Positions 8,193 through 17,377 of a stretch of 64,000 nucleotides of DNA are shown piece by piece (within the stretch, counting starts at the first letter, position 1; each line of letters begins with the position of its first letter). The stretch spans positions 1 through 64,000 of IMG/VR virus record IMGVR_UViG_3300047319_000185; one strand, written 5' to 3'. Position numbers and translations under genes: made by a program. A model generated the notes under the pieces. It made no database searches and was not told the origin of the DNA. It worked only from the letters and a program-made list of their open reading frames with translations. The stretch comes from a virus.

Positions 8193-10121
8193 CTACACTA
8201 GGTCTACTGTTTCACAACCTCCATCAGCAGAGCAAGCCAGTGTCTGTGACCCTACAGTCTGGTCGTACAGTTCATACCAACTCAGCTCTTCCCAAGGGAG
8301 ATCGTCTGGCATCTGCGATACTAGTTCCTCATACTGTGCCTTGTCAACACTCTCGTAAGGAGCCTGCTGATAGACATGATCGGAGTACGGAAGGAAGGCT
8401 ACACCAGACAGTTCATCAAAGTGTTCCCAGACCCATGCTGCTGTAGGCAGCCATTCGTTCTCCTGAACAGTTATCGTAACAGAGGGCTTGTGCTCTGTCC
8501 AGTGACGCTGATAGGTAAGCCAGAGATCCAAGTGATCTACTGCTCCCAGATCCTTGCGTGTCAGTGCGCCTTCTGGTGCCTTGACTGGGAAGGAGAATAC
8601 CATAGTCGCATCCGGATTGGTTACGTCATCCTCATGTGGGACTCCGAAGTCAACCATAAGACGAGTAAGAGGGTCCTTCTTATCAGCTCTGACTCTGCGA
8701 ATGTAGTAGTCATCATGCCAAGGATGCATTCCACTTGCCACATTTGCAAGCTGAGAAGTAGTTCCTTCAGGTTTTACACAGGTTACTGCCGCAGAAGGAT
8801 TGATACCCATCTGCTGAGACATACTTCTATTGGTAACGACTGCTTGTTCGCGCAGTTTGTCTAGCCATTCCTCCAATAGCTCCTGTCCTGCACTACCATT
8901 CAGTACAGGATGGCCCAGTTGTCCGGTCATGGATACACCTAGAAGTCTTTCTGCTTCCGTATTCTCCTTCCAGATAGGGCGGAGATAGCTGAAGTCAGTA
9001 AGAGTAGACTGCCAGGTTCCAAAGGCAGTTGCAGCAACTACTTTGTCCATCAAATCGCGGAGAGTATCTTCTGCCTGGACAATTACTGTGGAAAGGTTGC
9101 AGAACTGATAAGGTCTGAGAATAATTTCGGAGCAAGGATTTGTTCCATAATCGATATCGGAACTTCTACGTCCATACTTACTGGCCTGATTTCTTGAAGC
9201 CTCTCGGTTGAAGATACCTCTCTCACCAGACTTGGAATCATAGATATTTCTCCACTCCTCCATGAACTCAGACTGTGAGGGACGACTATTGTACACTGCG
9301 GAAATGTTACAGAGTGCTCTGTATCCATGGTCCTTCCACCATTCTCCTGACTTTGCATTTGCCAGCTCCTTGTCATCGAAATCAGTCAGCCCAATCAAAG
9401 CAGCACGTCTGACTCCGCCAACAACTACAACGCTGGCAATCTTGCATACGATGTCAAAGACCTCAAGAGATGTCAACTGACGTCCTTGTGCAGCATTGAA
9501 CTTGTCAGAGACGAAAACAAACAGATCTTCCAAGGGTTCCGGCCCGCTAGAACGTCCCCCAAACGTCTTTAAACGGCTGCCTGCGGGACGAACAGCGCTG
9601 GTATCCCACTCCGGGTAGAAACCCTTGTACAAGGACGTTACAAGCTCTCTCAGAGCCTTGGCCCAACCCTCTTTGGAATCCTCTACAGTAATAATTCCAT
9701 GGTCTCCGGAATACCATGTCTTTTCTACAATAGGTAGTTTCTCTACATACATATTCTCTACAGAGAAACCTACTCCTGTTCCATTCATAAGAATATAAAG
9801 TAATTCGTCAAATGCTTCTACGCTATCCATAGGAAGATAGCTGCAATTGTAACCAGCAATGTGGCTACGTTCCAGTGCTGGACCAGCAGTCATCAGAGCA
9901 CGCATGGAGCCAAGTGCCTCCAGGTTTACAAACTTCTCCCTTAGAAAAGGGAGAGCGCCCTTAGCGTCTACCTTGTAGTTGTCCTCAATATGCTGTGCCA
10001 TGTAATTCAGGTAACGATCTGTGCTCTCTTCCCAGGATTCTCTACGTTGCTTAGCATCATCCCAGCGGGCGTATCTACTAATTGCGATAAAGGATTGATA
10101 GGGGCTCATCTTTACTGTCAT
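8193..10121 (-). CDS. nrdJ: class II (AdoCbl-dependent) ribonucleotide reductase
   Basis: YNC, GTGVGF, GGVRRAA, TNPCSEI, FCNL, VKPEGT, C-terminal CSADGGC; no NrdB/F gene nearby. Confidence 0.93.
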   Translation of the reverse strand: MTVKMSPYQSFIAISRYARWDDAKQRRESWEESTDRYLNYMAQHIEDNYKVDAKGALPFLREKFVNLEALGSMRALMTAGPALERSHIAGYNCSYLPMDSVEAFDELLYILMNGTGVGFSVENMYVEKLPIVEKTWYSGDHGIITVEDSKEGWAKALRELVTSLYKGFYPEWDTSAVRPAGSRLKTFGGRSSGPEPLEDLFVFVSDKFNAAQGRQLTSLEVFDIVCKIASVVVVGGVRRAALIGLTDFDDKELANAKSGEWWKDHGYRALCNISAVYNSRPSQSEFMEEWRNIYDSKSGERGIFNREASRNQASKYGRRSSDIDYGTNPCSEIILRPYQFCNLSTVIVQAEDTLRDLMDKVVAATAFGTWQSTLTDFSYLRPIWKENTEAERLLGVSMTGQLGHPVLNGSAGQELLEEWLDKLREQAVVTNRSMSQQMGINPSAAVTCVKPEGTTSQLANVASGMHPWHDDYYIRRVRADKKDPLTRLMVDFGVPHEDDVTNPDATMVFSFPVKAPEGALTRKDLGAVDHLDLWLTYQRHWTEHKPSVTITVQENEWLPTAAWVWEHFDELSGVAFLPYSDHVYQQAPYESVDKAQYEELVSQMPDDLPWEELSWYELYDQTVGSQTLACSADGGCETVDLV

Positions 10122-10147
10122 AGAATAAAACTCCGCTGGGATAGTAA

Positions 10148-10561
10148 TTATAGATTCGTAATGTGCTGTCCGCCACCAGCATTCAACAATGCAATGGAGG
10201 CAGTAAGAGAAGAGGTTTCTCCGGTCTGTCTAGCAGGTGCCGCAGGAGTTCCATTGTCATCAGCAAGACTTGGAAGACCATAGGTTGACTGCTCAAATCT
10301 TGGATGGTATCCGCATTCACCACAAGCTACTGCAAAGTTTCCGTGCTGCATGTATCTGTCACTGTTGCAGCCTGGACATCTGCCACCCTGCTTCAGACGA
10401 ATATTGGAAGCTGGTTTATAGTCATCCTGTTGCGGGATATTTTGCTGCTGTGGTTGCGGAACAGGGGTACTGACTGGATTATATAACCCGTATAAGTCTC
10501 TGGAAGGTGGTGCCGTTTGCTGTGTAGGCTCCCCACTGATCTTATTCGCCCAAAATGACAT
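10148..10561 (-). CDS. zinc-ribbon protein
   Basis: CPGC..CGECGY in a disordered Q/P-rich context. Confidence 0.7.
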   Translation of the reverse strand: MSFWANKISGEPTQQTAPPSRDLYGLYNPVSTPVPQPQQQNIPQQDDYKPASNIRLKQGGRCPGCNSDRYMQHGNFAVACGECGYHPRFEQSTYGLPSLADDNGTPAAPARQTGETSSLTASIALLNAGGGQHITNL

Positions 10562-10979
10562 CTTGTTCTCCGTATTTTATTAGACCTTTTTGTAGCATAT
10601 GGGATACGACTGCTGCTGCCACTACATTTCCCATATTCACATTGTTTATTCTGAATTTCATCTGGTCTTCCTCATGCATCTCCGCAAAGGTAGGATCACC
10701 ACTGATAATGGCAGAGGAAGCTGTCTGTGCAGCTATATAGCACAGCAAAGGAAAGTCCCATCCGAATGGAACCAAGGCATGCTTGCGTTCCCACATCTCT
10801 TTGGCCTCTGCTTCCAGTACGTCTGTACTAGCAGGATTCTGGCCGAAGCGAATGGGTTCGTCACGCATCTTGTAGGGACCTATCATATCCCACATCATTG
10901 AGCGGGATAACTCTATGGTGAGCTGCTGTACCGGATCAATCTCTGGTACAGCAGACACCTCTTCAAATGGATCTATCAC
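10542..10979 (-). CDS. hypothetical protein
   Basis: 145-aa ORF coupled to neighbours. Confidence 0.75.
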   Translation of the reverse strand: MIDPFEEVSAVPEIDPVQQLTIELSRSMMWDMIGPYKMRDEPIRFGQNPASTDVLEAEAKEMWERKHALVPFGWDFPLLCYIAAQTASSAIISGDPTFAEMHEEDQMKFRINNVNMGNVVAAAVVSHMLQKGLIKYGEQDVILGE

Positions 10980-11125
10980 TTATGCTTACTTCTCTTTTCC
11001 CCACACACTGTACACTTCTTCTTTCCGTGCTCACCGGGATCAAATGTATGGCCATCTTCTGTACCATACATTTCCTTGTTGGCGTCTCGTCTTGCCTTTT
11101 CCAAATGGTCATCAATGTCAGACAT
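10976..11125 (-). CDS. small Zn-finger-like protein (49 aa)
   Basis: MSDIDDHL...HTF..CTVCG....H; AAGGA RBS; not in ORF track. Confidence 0.6.
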   Translation of the reverse strand: MSDIDDHLEKARRDANKEMYGTEDGHTFDPGEHGKKKCTVCGEKRSKHK

Positions 11126-11127
11126 AT

Positions 11128-13122
11128 CTATTCCTTAGCTTCCGACCAACGGTTTACAAGCATAGCCTCTGCTTCCAGAGGGACCTTCAAAAGCTTCTGC
11201 ATCTCTGGTCCTGCCATCGCGTCTTCCAAGTATAGCTTAGCTTCCTCGGCCCTGTAATTGGGTGCTTGAAGTACCAACTCATCATGCACAGAGAGTACAA
11301 GATGAATCCAATCCTTCTCCTCGTACCCCTTATTCGACTCCTTAATAGTGTTATACACACGTACCATAGCCATCTTGATTAGACCAGCCGCACTACCCTG
11401 GATAAGGCTGTTGAAGATCTGCCGTTCTCCACCACCACGAATACCCCAGCGCTGATCATTCAAGTCCCACACCCTACGAACGAACCCCGTTAGTGTAACA
11501 ATATGGGGAATGTCCCTACGTCTTGCAGTACTAACCACCTGACTCTTGAATTTGTTTACCTCTGGCTGAGTCTTGGCATACTCCTGGAAAAGATTCTGCA
11601 CATATTTAAGAGGCTTGCCCATAAGGGCAGCAGTACTCTCCTCACCTGCTCCGAATAGAATACCAAAACCAAGAGTCTTGGCTGCTGATCTCATTTCCTT
11701 CGTAACTTCTTCAATGGATACCTGGTAAAGAGCGGCAGCAGTTGCCTTATGAGCATCAATTCCATTGTGGAAACCATCAAATAGAACACCATGACCTATG
11801 AAATGCGCAAGGACACGGTACTCAATCTGCCCATAGTCAGCTACTACAAGACTATAGCCTTCAGGTGCACGAAACAGACCCCGTACCTTCTTTCCCAGAG
11901 GCTTGTCAGGACGTGGGACATTCTGAAGATTAGGTGCACGGCAAGAGAACCTAGAAGTAGCTGTTCCGTACTGACACAAGTCAGCATGAATCCTGTTATG
12001 GAAAATAATACTTGGCTTGTCCACCTCCGGGTTACCTAGGTACCCACGAACATATGTGCCCCTTAGCTTATCCATCTCGGAATACTCAAGCAGCAGCTTA
12101 ACCAACGGGTTGGATGGAAAGGCCTCCATAGCTTTCTTGTCCGTGGAATAGTCAAAGATAGTCAGGCTTTCCTCTGCCTTCTTTTTCTTCAGGCCACCAT
12201 CAGTCAGACGAGTAGCCTTCAACCCCTGGTTTCCCTCTTCCTTACTTCCATAAAGAATCTCACAGCGCTGCTTAGGAGAATTAAGATTAAAGAATCTTCC
12301 TGCCTCACGATAGATCTTAGTCTCCAGTGTTGTCATCAATTCAGTAAGCTCAACCTCAAGCTGCTGAAGGGCTGCAACGTCCATAGGAGCGCCTACAAGG
12401 TTCATTGAGAACAAAGCCTCAAACAGCTCCTCTTCAAGCGCTCTATGGTCCACCAGACCCTCTTCACGGCACCTTCTGTCAAGCTGTAGCCAGAGCAACC
12501 AAGTGTACCGAGCGTCCATGAGACCATAGTAGGCTACCTTTGAAAAAGGGTGAGCCTCAATGCACTTTCCGATACCTTCCTTGTCATAGTCAACACCATA
12601 GTACCAACGGGTGAGAATCTTAAGACCAAGACCCATTGGTCGCTTGGGTCCGCCCATTGGCTTTCCGATATTCTCATCAAGAGACCATTGAAGCACAATA
12701 GTATCTCCCCTTGGAGCACAGGGAAACTCTCCGTAGTATTTGTGGATAGATACGAAGTCAGTCGCAACGTTATGCGCGATCTTCTTAATGGTCGTACTGA
12801 AGAACAGTGGCTTTAGAATTCTGAATGCAACAGAAGGACGGAGCTGCACTGGAGGCGCATCAAATACCAATGGGTAAAATATCTTGTTCTTTGTATGTGC
12901 CTTCTGAAGAACCACATCTCCATTTGGATGACCCAAAGGAATAATAATTGTTCTTCCATAAGTGGCTAGAGAAATCCACACCACTCTGTTCTGCGAAGGA
13001 ATACCACGAGTACCTGGGAACTCTCCGTCCATAGACTCAATGTCGAATACAAAAGCATCCTGCTGCATGAAGTAGTCTACTTCTGCAATCAGTTGTTCCT
13101 CAGTAAGGATAAGTCCTTCCAT
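11128..13122 (-). CDS. polA: family A DNA polymerase with 3'-5' exonuclease
   Basis: ExoI FDIES, PNLQNVP, motif A DYGQIEYR, motif B KTLGFGILFG, motif C VHDEL; GGAGG RBS before ATG 13122. Confidence 0.97.
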   Translation of the reverse strand: MEGLILTEEQLIAEVDYFMQQDAFVFDIESMDGEFPGTRGIPSQNRVVWISLATYGRTIIIPLGHPNGDVVLQKAHTKNKIFYPLVFDAPPVQLRPSVAFRILKPLFFSTTIKKIAHNVATDFVSIHKYYGEFPCAPRGDTIVLQWSLDENIGKPMGGPKRPMGLGLKILTRWYYGVDYDKEGIGKCIEAHPFSKVAYYGLMDARYTWLLWLQLDRRCREEGLVDHRALEEELFEALFSMNLVGAPMDVAALQQLEVELTELMTTLETKIYREAGRFFNLNSPKQRCEILYGSKEEGNQGLKATRLTDGGLKKKKAEESLTIFDYSTDKKAMEAFPSNPLVKLLLEYSEMDKLRGTYVRGYLGNPEVDKPSIIFHNRIHADLCQYGTATSRFSCRAPNLQNVPRPDKPLGKKVRGLFRAPEGYSLVVADYGQIEYRVLAHFIGHGVLFDGFHNGIDAHKATAAALYQVSIEEVTKEMRSAAKTLGFGILFGAGEESTAALMGKPLKYVQNLFQEYAKTQPEVNKFKSQVVSTARRRDIPHIVTLTGFVRRVWDLNDQRWGIRGGGERQIFNSLIQGSAAGLIKMAMVRVYNTIKESNKGYEEKDWIHLVLSVHDELVLQAPNYRAEEAKLYLEDAMAGPEMQKLLKVPLEAEAMLVNRWSEAKE

Positions 13123-13199
13123 CTGTCCTCCTAGTATGCTCTGGACGTAAGCAGTTCCCACATTACTGTTAGTCTTTCACGAAACGTAAGCCACGCTAC

Positions 13200-13212
13200 T
13201 CTATTACATATA
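13200..13212 (-). promoter_or_regulatory. candidate phage promoter motif TATATGTAATAGA (copy upstream of polA)
   Basis: Exact 13-bp match to 60364..60376; both intergenic. Confidence 0.5.
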
Positions 13213-13243
13213 CTTCCTACTTCTTGTTGCCTGGTTAGTACCA

Positions 13244-13492
13244 TCAGAGTTCTACTCCCATTTCCATCTGCTCAAGGTAGTAATAGTCATAGGCGTACCG
13301 TCCTGGACCACGGTTCATCAGGAGCTTGTAGCCATCTTCACCTGTCTCCCAGATGTAGTACTCAAGGTCAGTCTCAGCACGCTTGAGAAGATACTCCATA
13401 GCCTTGAAGGAATCCGGGAAGGGAATGATATCGTCGTAGTCGTGAGTGTAGTCGCCGTCAAACATGTAGTGGCGAACCATATAGAATTCCAT
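13244..13492 (-). CDS. hypothetical protein
   Basis: 82 aa, Tyr/acid-rich. Confidence 0.7.
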   Translation of the reverse strand: MEFYMVRHYMFDGDYTHDYDDIIPFPDSFKAMEYLLKRAETDLEYYIWETGEDGYKLLMNRGPGRYAYDYYYLEQMEMGVEL

Positions 13493-13493
13493 T

Positions 13494-13757
13494 TTAATCC
13501 TCAGTCTCCTCAGTATCCAGAATCAATGTACTATCCGTAAATCCAGAAACATATTTACTATCGTAGTCTTCGTGCTTGTCCCAGCAGTCGGTATTACCAG
13601 GAACAGCATCATAATCAAAGAAGGATGTTTCCAGAAGTTCCGCTATAGCCTTACGAGCGTTGACTTCCTGAGTATAGTAGCCAAGAGTAGTGAGACTGTC
13701 CCAGTCCTCTCCCTGATGCTGACCACCCTGGTAGTGATGAATAATGTACAGCTTCAC
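13494..13757 (-). CDS. hypothetical protein
   Basis: GGAGG RBS plus GTG at 13757. Confidence 0.7.
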   Translation of the reverse strand: MKLYIIHHYQGGQHQGEDWDSLTTLGYYTQEVNARKAIAELLETSFFDYDAVPGNTDCWDKHEDYDSKYVSGFTDSTLILDTEETED

Positions 13758-13774
13758 TGTATCCTCCAATGTAA

Positions 13775-13823
13775 GAAGCCCCTCTGACCTGTCTTGTAGG
13801 AACAACAGTATCAGAGGGGCTTC
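13775..13823. terminator. 13-bp inverted repeat downstream of SSB gene
   Basis: GAAGCCCCTCTGA ... TCAGAGGGGCTTC. Confidence 0.6.
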
Positions 13824-13830
13824 GGTGTGT

Positions 13831-13860
13831 CTAGCTGCGCGATCTAGCTACGCGATCTAG
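13831..13860. repeat. 13-bp tandem repeat (2.3 copies)
   Basis: CTAGCTGCGCGAT CTAGCTACGCGAT CTAG overlapping the SSB stop. Confidence 0.7.
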
Positions 13861-14594
13861 TTGCTGGCACGCTTTGCTGGCTTGTCAGAATCCTGGAAGG
13901 GAACGTTGGCAAGGAACTGGATAGTAGGAATGAAGATGATCTCTTCACCATACACCTCAAGAGCACGCTCAGCAAGATCAGACTCAGTCAGAGGCTGGAT
14001 TCCATAGTCGTCTTCCAAGTCACGAGCCTTCAGAGGAAGGACACGAGTAGCAGGAGCATCACGGTTCGGAAGCTTCTCATGGTAGACGTGGAAGTAACGG
14101 TCATCAGAATTCAGAGCCCAGTAGTCGCCCTGAGGATTCTCAGTAAGGGACTGGAGAGCAGTGGACACCTCGTTGCCGAATACCCATGCTACAACCTTGT
14201 CAGGGTCCTCAATAAGGTCCACAACGTTCATGACATAGGACTGAGAGCGACGAAGACCCTCAGCACACAGTGGGCAGTCACCCTGAAAGAACTCATCATT
14301 CAGGCAGGTGTAGTACTTACCCTTGGGACCAGCGGACTTGATGTAGTGGCGACCATACTTCACAGCAGGAACCTCATCAAGGATCTTTACAATACGCTTA
14401 CCCTTACCGCCGAGAACAAGGGACTCAAACTTTGCAGTCTCACGTCGCTCAGGAACAGGCGCACCCCAACCAGCACTAACGGCTGTGACATTACGGGACA
14501 TCCTACGGGAAGGAACAGGGTCGACACTGTCAGCATCGTTGTAGTGATTGTCATCAGTAGTGTCAGAAACAGGGACACGGGAAATCTTTGCCAT
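13857..14594 (-). CDS. ssDNA-binding protein (T4 gp32-like)
   Basis: Disordered acidic N-terminus, VKIL..RHY..YTC..DCPLC zinc site, replication context. Confidence 0.7.
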   Translation of the reverse strand: MAKISRVPVSDTTDDNHYNDADSVDPVPSRRMSRNVTAVSAGWGAPVPERRETAKFESLVLGGKGKRIVKILDEVPAVKYGRHYIKSAGPKGKYYTCLNDEFFQGDCPLCAEGLRRSQSYVMNVVDLIEDPDKVVAWVFGNEVSTALQSLTENPQGDYWALNSDDRYFHVYHEKLPNRDAPATRVLPLKARDLEDDYGIQPLTESDLAERALEVYGEEIIFIPTIQFLANVPFQDSDKPAKRASN

Positions 14595-14631
14595 TTATAC
14601 TCCTAGTATGGACTAATTGGGGGAGTTGATA

Positions 14632-14982
14632 TTAGGGGAGTTCAATTTGATGCGCCAGTGTCTTGTCATTCTTGCGCGCATCTGCAATAGAACGATACCA
14701 CTTCAGGTCTGGAATCATGACAGCATCAATAGCATCGTTCAGTACATCCAGAACTTCGGCCATAGTAACACCAGGTGTGATGGATACCTTGGCGGAAGAA
14801 AAAGTGTCAAGGTGCTCATAGTTTCCTACGTTGACACGCATACCTCGGGAAGCGGTTACCTCAATCAGTGTAACACCTGAGGGTGACACTACCTTTTCTG
14901 CTGTGAACGTAGGCTCTGGAAGAGGCTGTGTGCTCTCTGTTGAAACTTCGTCTCGGATAGTCGGTTGCCTTTTTGCGGCCAC
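14632..14982 (-). CDS. hypothetical protein
   Basis: AAGGAG RBS plus GTG; VNVGNYEH motif common in phage proteins. Confidence 0.7.
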   Translation of the reverse strand: MAAKRQPTIRDEVSTESTQPLPEPTFTAEKVVSPSGVTLIEVTASRGMRVNVGNYEHLDTFSSAKVSITPGVTMAEVLDVLNDAIDAVMIPDLKWYRSIADARKNDKTLAHQIELP

Positions 14983-15329
14983 AATACTCCTTCGGTTTTT
15001 GCAATCTCGACAAGTCCCTCAACCATATCACGTGTGTACATGCGACGTCTACCATTCGGCGTGGATGAGGGTTTTACGTAAGGCGACTTGGGAAGGATAC
15101 CATCTGTCTCCCACTTGCGCAAGGTTATTGGACTACGATTTCCTAGTGCCTTGCCAAGGTGGCCGATGGAGAAGAACTCTTGTTCAACGCCACCGACCGT
15201 GAAGATAAAAGGCTTGGAGTCCCAATCGTCTATAACCTTTTCCTGGACCTTACGAATACTCTCGAATTCAAGTGGAGTAGTCGATCCAGGAAAGACTTTA
15301 CTCAATTGTTCTTGCCATGAAGTAGCCAT
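14889..15329 (-). CDS. MerR-like helix-turn-helix DNA-binding protein
   Basis: FSIGHLGKALGNRSPITLRKWETDGILP...RRMYT. Confidence 0.85.
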   Translation of the reverse strand: MATSWQEQLSKVFPGSTTPLEFESIRKVQEKVIDDWDSKPFIFTVGGVEQEFFSIGHLGKALGNRSPITLRKWETDGILPKSPYVKPSSTPNGRRRMYTRDMVEGLVEIAKTEGVLWPQKGNRLSETKFQQRAHSLFQSLRSQQKR

Positions 15330-15335
15330 ATATTC

Positions 15336-15842
15336 CTATTCGTGCTCGTGCTCGAATTGGACAACACGAGTAGGAGTAACAACTACCTGAGTATGGTCAC
15401 CGAAAGCGCTCATCATTGCAAGCTCATAAGCACCATCCTGAATACTCAGATCTGGCCAGTCCTTAATGGCAATACCATCAGGGTGAGGATAGTCAGTCTT
15501 ACTGTAAGAAGAGTACCAGGGCTTCTGGTAGTCGTAGAAACCACCCTCGCGACCCATTTCCTCATCATTAATATCCTCAGTGTCAGGGTAATCATCCTGC
15601 AACCAGGAAGCCGCTACTCGATCACTAGTGGTGACATAGTAGTCTCCCACACTGAACTCACAGACATCACCATCATTGAAGTACGGAGTGTACTGCTGCC
15701 ACGTAATAGCCTTTACACCAGAAGCGAATGCCTTCTGAAACTCCTCATGCAGATCCTGAATAGGACGCTGCGTTACATACTCACGGCGACGGTCATAGAA
15801 GTCTCCCTCAATAGGGATACCCATGAAACTACGGTCAGACAT
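15336..15842 (-). CDS. hypothetical protein
   Basis: Start MSDRSF coupled to upstream stop; WQQYTPYFNDGDVCEF motif. Confidence 0.75.
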   Translation of the reverse strand: MSDRSFMGIPIEGDFYDRRREYVTQRPIQDLHEEFQKAFASGVKAITWQQYTPYFNDGDVCEFSVGDYYVTTSDRVAASWLQDDYPDTEDINDEEMGREGGFYDYQKPWYSSYSKTDYPHPDGIAIKDWPDLSIQDGAYELAMMSAFGDHTQVVVTPTRVVQFEHEHE

Positions 15843-16212
15843 TCTTACTCCCGAATATAGAATCGAAACTTCCAACTTCCTTGCGTACTGCTCCTGACAT
15901 CCACTTCTCCAGAGGCATACCCTTGATGTAATCTGCTGGGCTTGGAAGCCATCCCAGATCCTCAATGATATGACGCTCTGCAATCTCCCTCACAGGAACC
16001 TGAATAGTCTTGTGAGACTTCTCAATGGTCAGTGTCTTGCCGAAGATTGTCTGGCAAAGAAATACACCAAGAGTGTGGTGGTAGACAGAACGATGACGTG
16101 AATCACCTATTACCTGCTTACTAGAATCTATGAACTCTTCTATTGGAAGGTAATCTTCTGGTGTGCCTCCGTACTTATGGGAGGCAGAGACAGCATGGTA
16201 CCAACTGTTCAC
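15835..16212 (-). CDS. His-rich conserved protein (DUF6915-like)
   Basis: YHA.S...YGG..EDY.PI..FIDSSK...D.RHR..YHH..G...AERHI.EDLG..P. Confidence 0.7.
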   Translation of the reverse strand: MNSWYHAVSASHKYGGTPEDYLPIEEFIDSSKQVIGDSRHRSVYHHTLGVFLCQTIFGKTLTIEKSHKTIQVPVREIAERHIIEDLGWLPSPADYIKGMPLEKWMSGAVRKEVGSFDSIFGSKNV

Positions 16213-16400
16213 AGAATCTCAGCCTTGTAAAACTTGTGCTCCTTCTTGAAGTACTTGTACAGAGCCTCACTGAACTCATAATCACCACGAGACTCGTCAA
16301 TATCCTGCACAAACTGTACAAGAGTCTCTTCATCAAGCTCCATAGCCAGAGCATCAGCCAGTACAGTAAGGTCAATCACAGAAGTAACCCGGAGATCCAT
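16209..16400 (-). CDS. hypothetical protein
   Basis: 63 aa, translationally coupled. Confidence 0.65.
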   Translation of the reverse strand: MDLRVTSVIDLTVLADALAMELDEETLVQFVQDIDESRGDYEFSEALYKYFKKEHKFYKAEIL

Positions 16401-16675
16401 TAAACGTCTACCTCAATCCAATCGTATCTAACAACAGGGAGTTTAACAACTTCAGTGGCTACAATAACATCATCATAGTTCCAGGGGTCCTCTTCCTGCA
16501 TCTCAGTAGCAGGTTCTGTAAATGACACCAGGTAGTTCTTCCCCTCAAACTCAAACACACCAGTCCGAATGCTGTACCAGCGTCTGTCTTCAATATGTTC
16601 GATATCAGTCAGCTCGTATGGATAGTCATTCTCTTCCATAAATTCTCTGGTGAATTCACGAGTTACCTTAGCCAT
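16400..16675 (-). CDS. hypothetical protein
   Basis: 91 aa; RW..I..VF..ATEMQE motif. Confidence 0.7.
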   Translation of the reverse strand: MAKVTREFTREFMEENDYPYELTDIEHIEDRRWYSIRTGVFEFEGKNYLVSFTEPATEMQEEDPWNYDDVIVATEVVKLPVVRYDWIEVDV

Positions 16676-16955
16676 CTACATCAACCCAATTCATTCGGCC
16701 AACGAATTCGTAACCCCACTCATCAGTACCCTCAATGTTAAAGGGCACACTGACAGAGTATGCGGTCAACTTCTGAACAGTGAAAGTCTTTGCCCTATCA
16801 CTACTCCACCAGCCGTCTCCAGTAAGACGAGTGCCCTGAGACTTAGCCTTTCCGTAAGTATCATAGGGACCAAGCTTCTCTACTACCTTGCGCTCAGAAT
16901 CGAAAGTAGTCACTCTGAAGAATTCATCGTCATCTTCTACAAAACATCTAGCCAT
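16668..16955 (-). CDS. hypothetical protein
   Basis: 95 aa; GPY motif; GAGGAG RBS. Confidence 0.7.
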   Translation of the reverse strand: MARCFVEDDDEFFRVTTFDSERKVVEKLGPYDTYGKAKSQGTRLTGDGWWSSDRAKTFTVQKLTAYSVSVPFNIEGTDEWGYEFVGRMNWVDVDG

Positions 16956-17014
16956 ATTGCTCCTCTAATAGACCATACCCGCAACCCTGTAAACAGGGGT
17001 ACGAGTAAAACTTA

Positions 17015-17359
17015 TTAGCGATGAGTCGTGGTAGTACGGGTGCGAGTAGTTGTGGTGTGTGTAGTACTCTTCGGAGTCTTGGTCAGAGAAGTACCACCAG
17101 TAGTCTTCTTAGTGGTAGTCGTGGTATGCGTAGTGGTCACAGTGTGGTGAGAAGGGTTGGCAAACATGCTGCTATGAGCATGGTAGTAGCTACTAGTGAC
17201 ATGAACCGTGCGAGGAGTCGGGTAGTAGATGAACACATGCTGAGGAGTGTAGTAACCATACTCTACCTCCGTCATATCTCCGCCACTTCCACAAGCAGCA
17301 ACACCAGTAAACATAGCGCCAGCAACGACAAGGCCAGCAAGCTTACGGTTGATCTTCAA
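17015..17359 (-). CDS. lipoprotein with Thr/His-rich tail
   Basis: Basic N-terminus, hydrophobic core, lipobox VAAC. Confidence 0.75.
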   Translation of the reverse strand: MKINRKLAGLVVAGAMFTGVAACGSGGDMTEVEYGYYTPQHVFIYYPTPRTVHVTSSYYHAHSSMFANPSHHTVTTTHTTTTTKKTTGGTSLTKTPKSTTHTTTTRTRTTTTHR

Positions 17360-17377
17360 AACTACTCCTTCAGAGTA

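Noticed and set aside
16970-17006. Hairpins at ~16975-17005 and ~25051-25080 as ncRNAs
   Set aside because: Simple single stems between co-directional genes; adequately explained as terminators or mRNA-stability elements.
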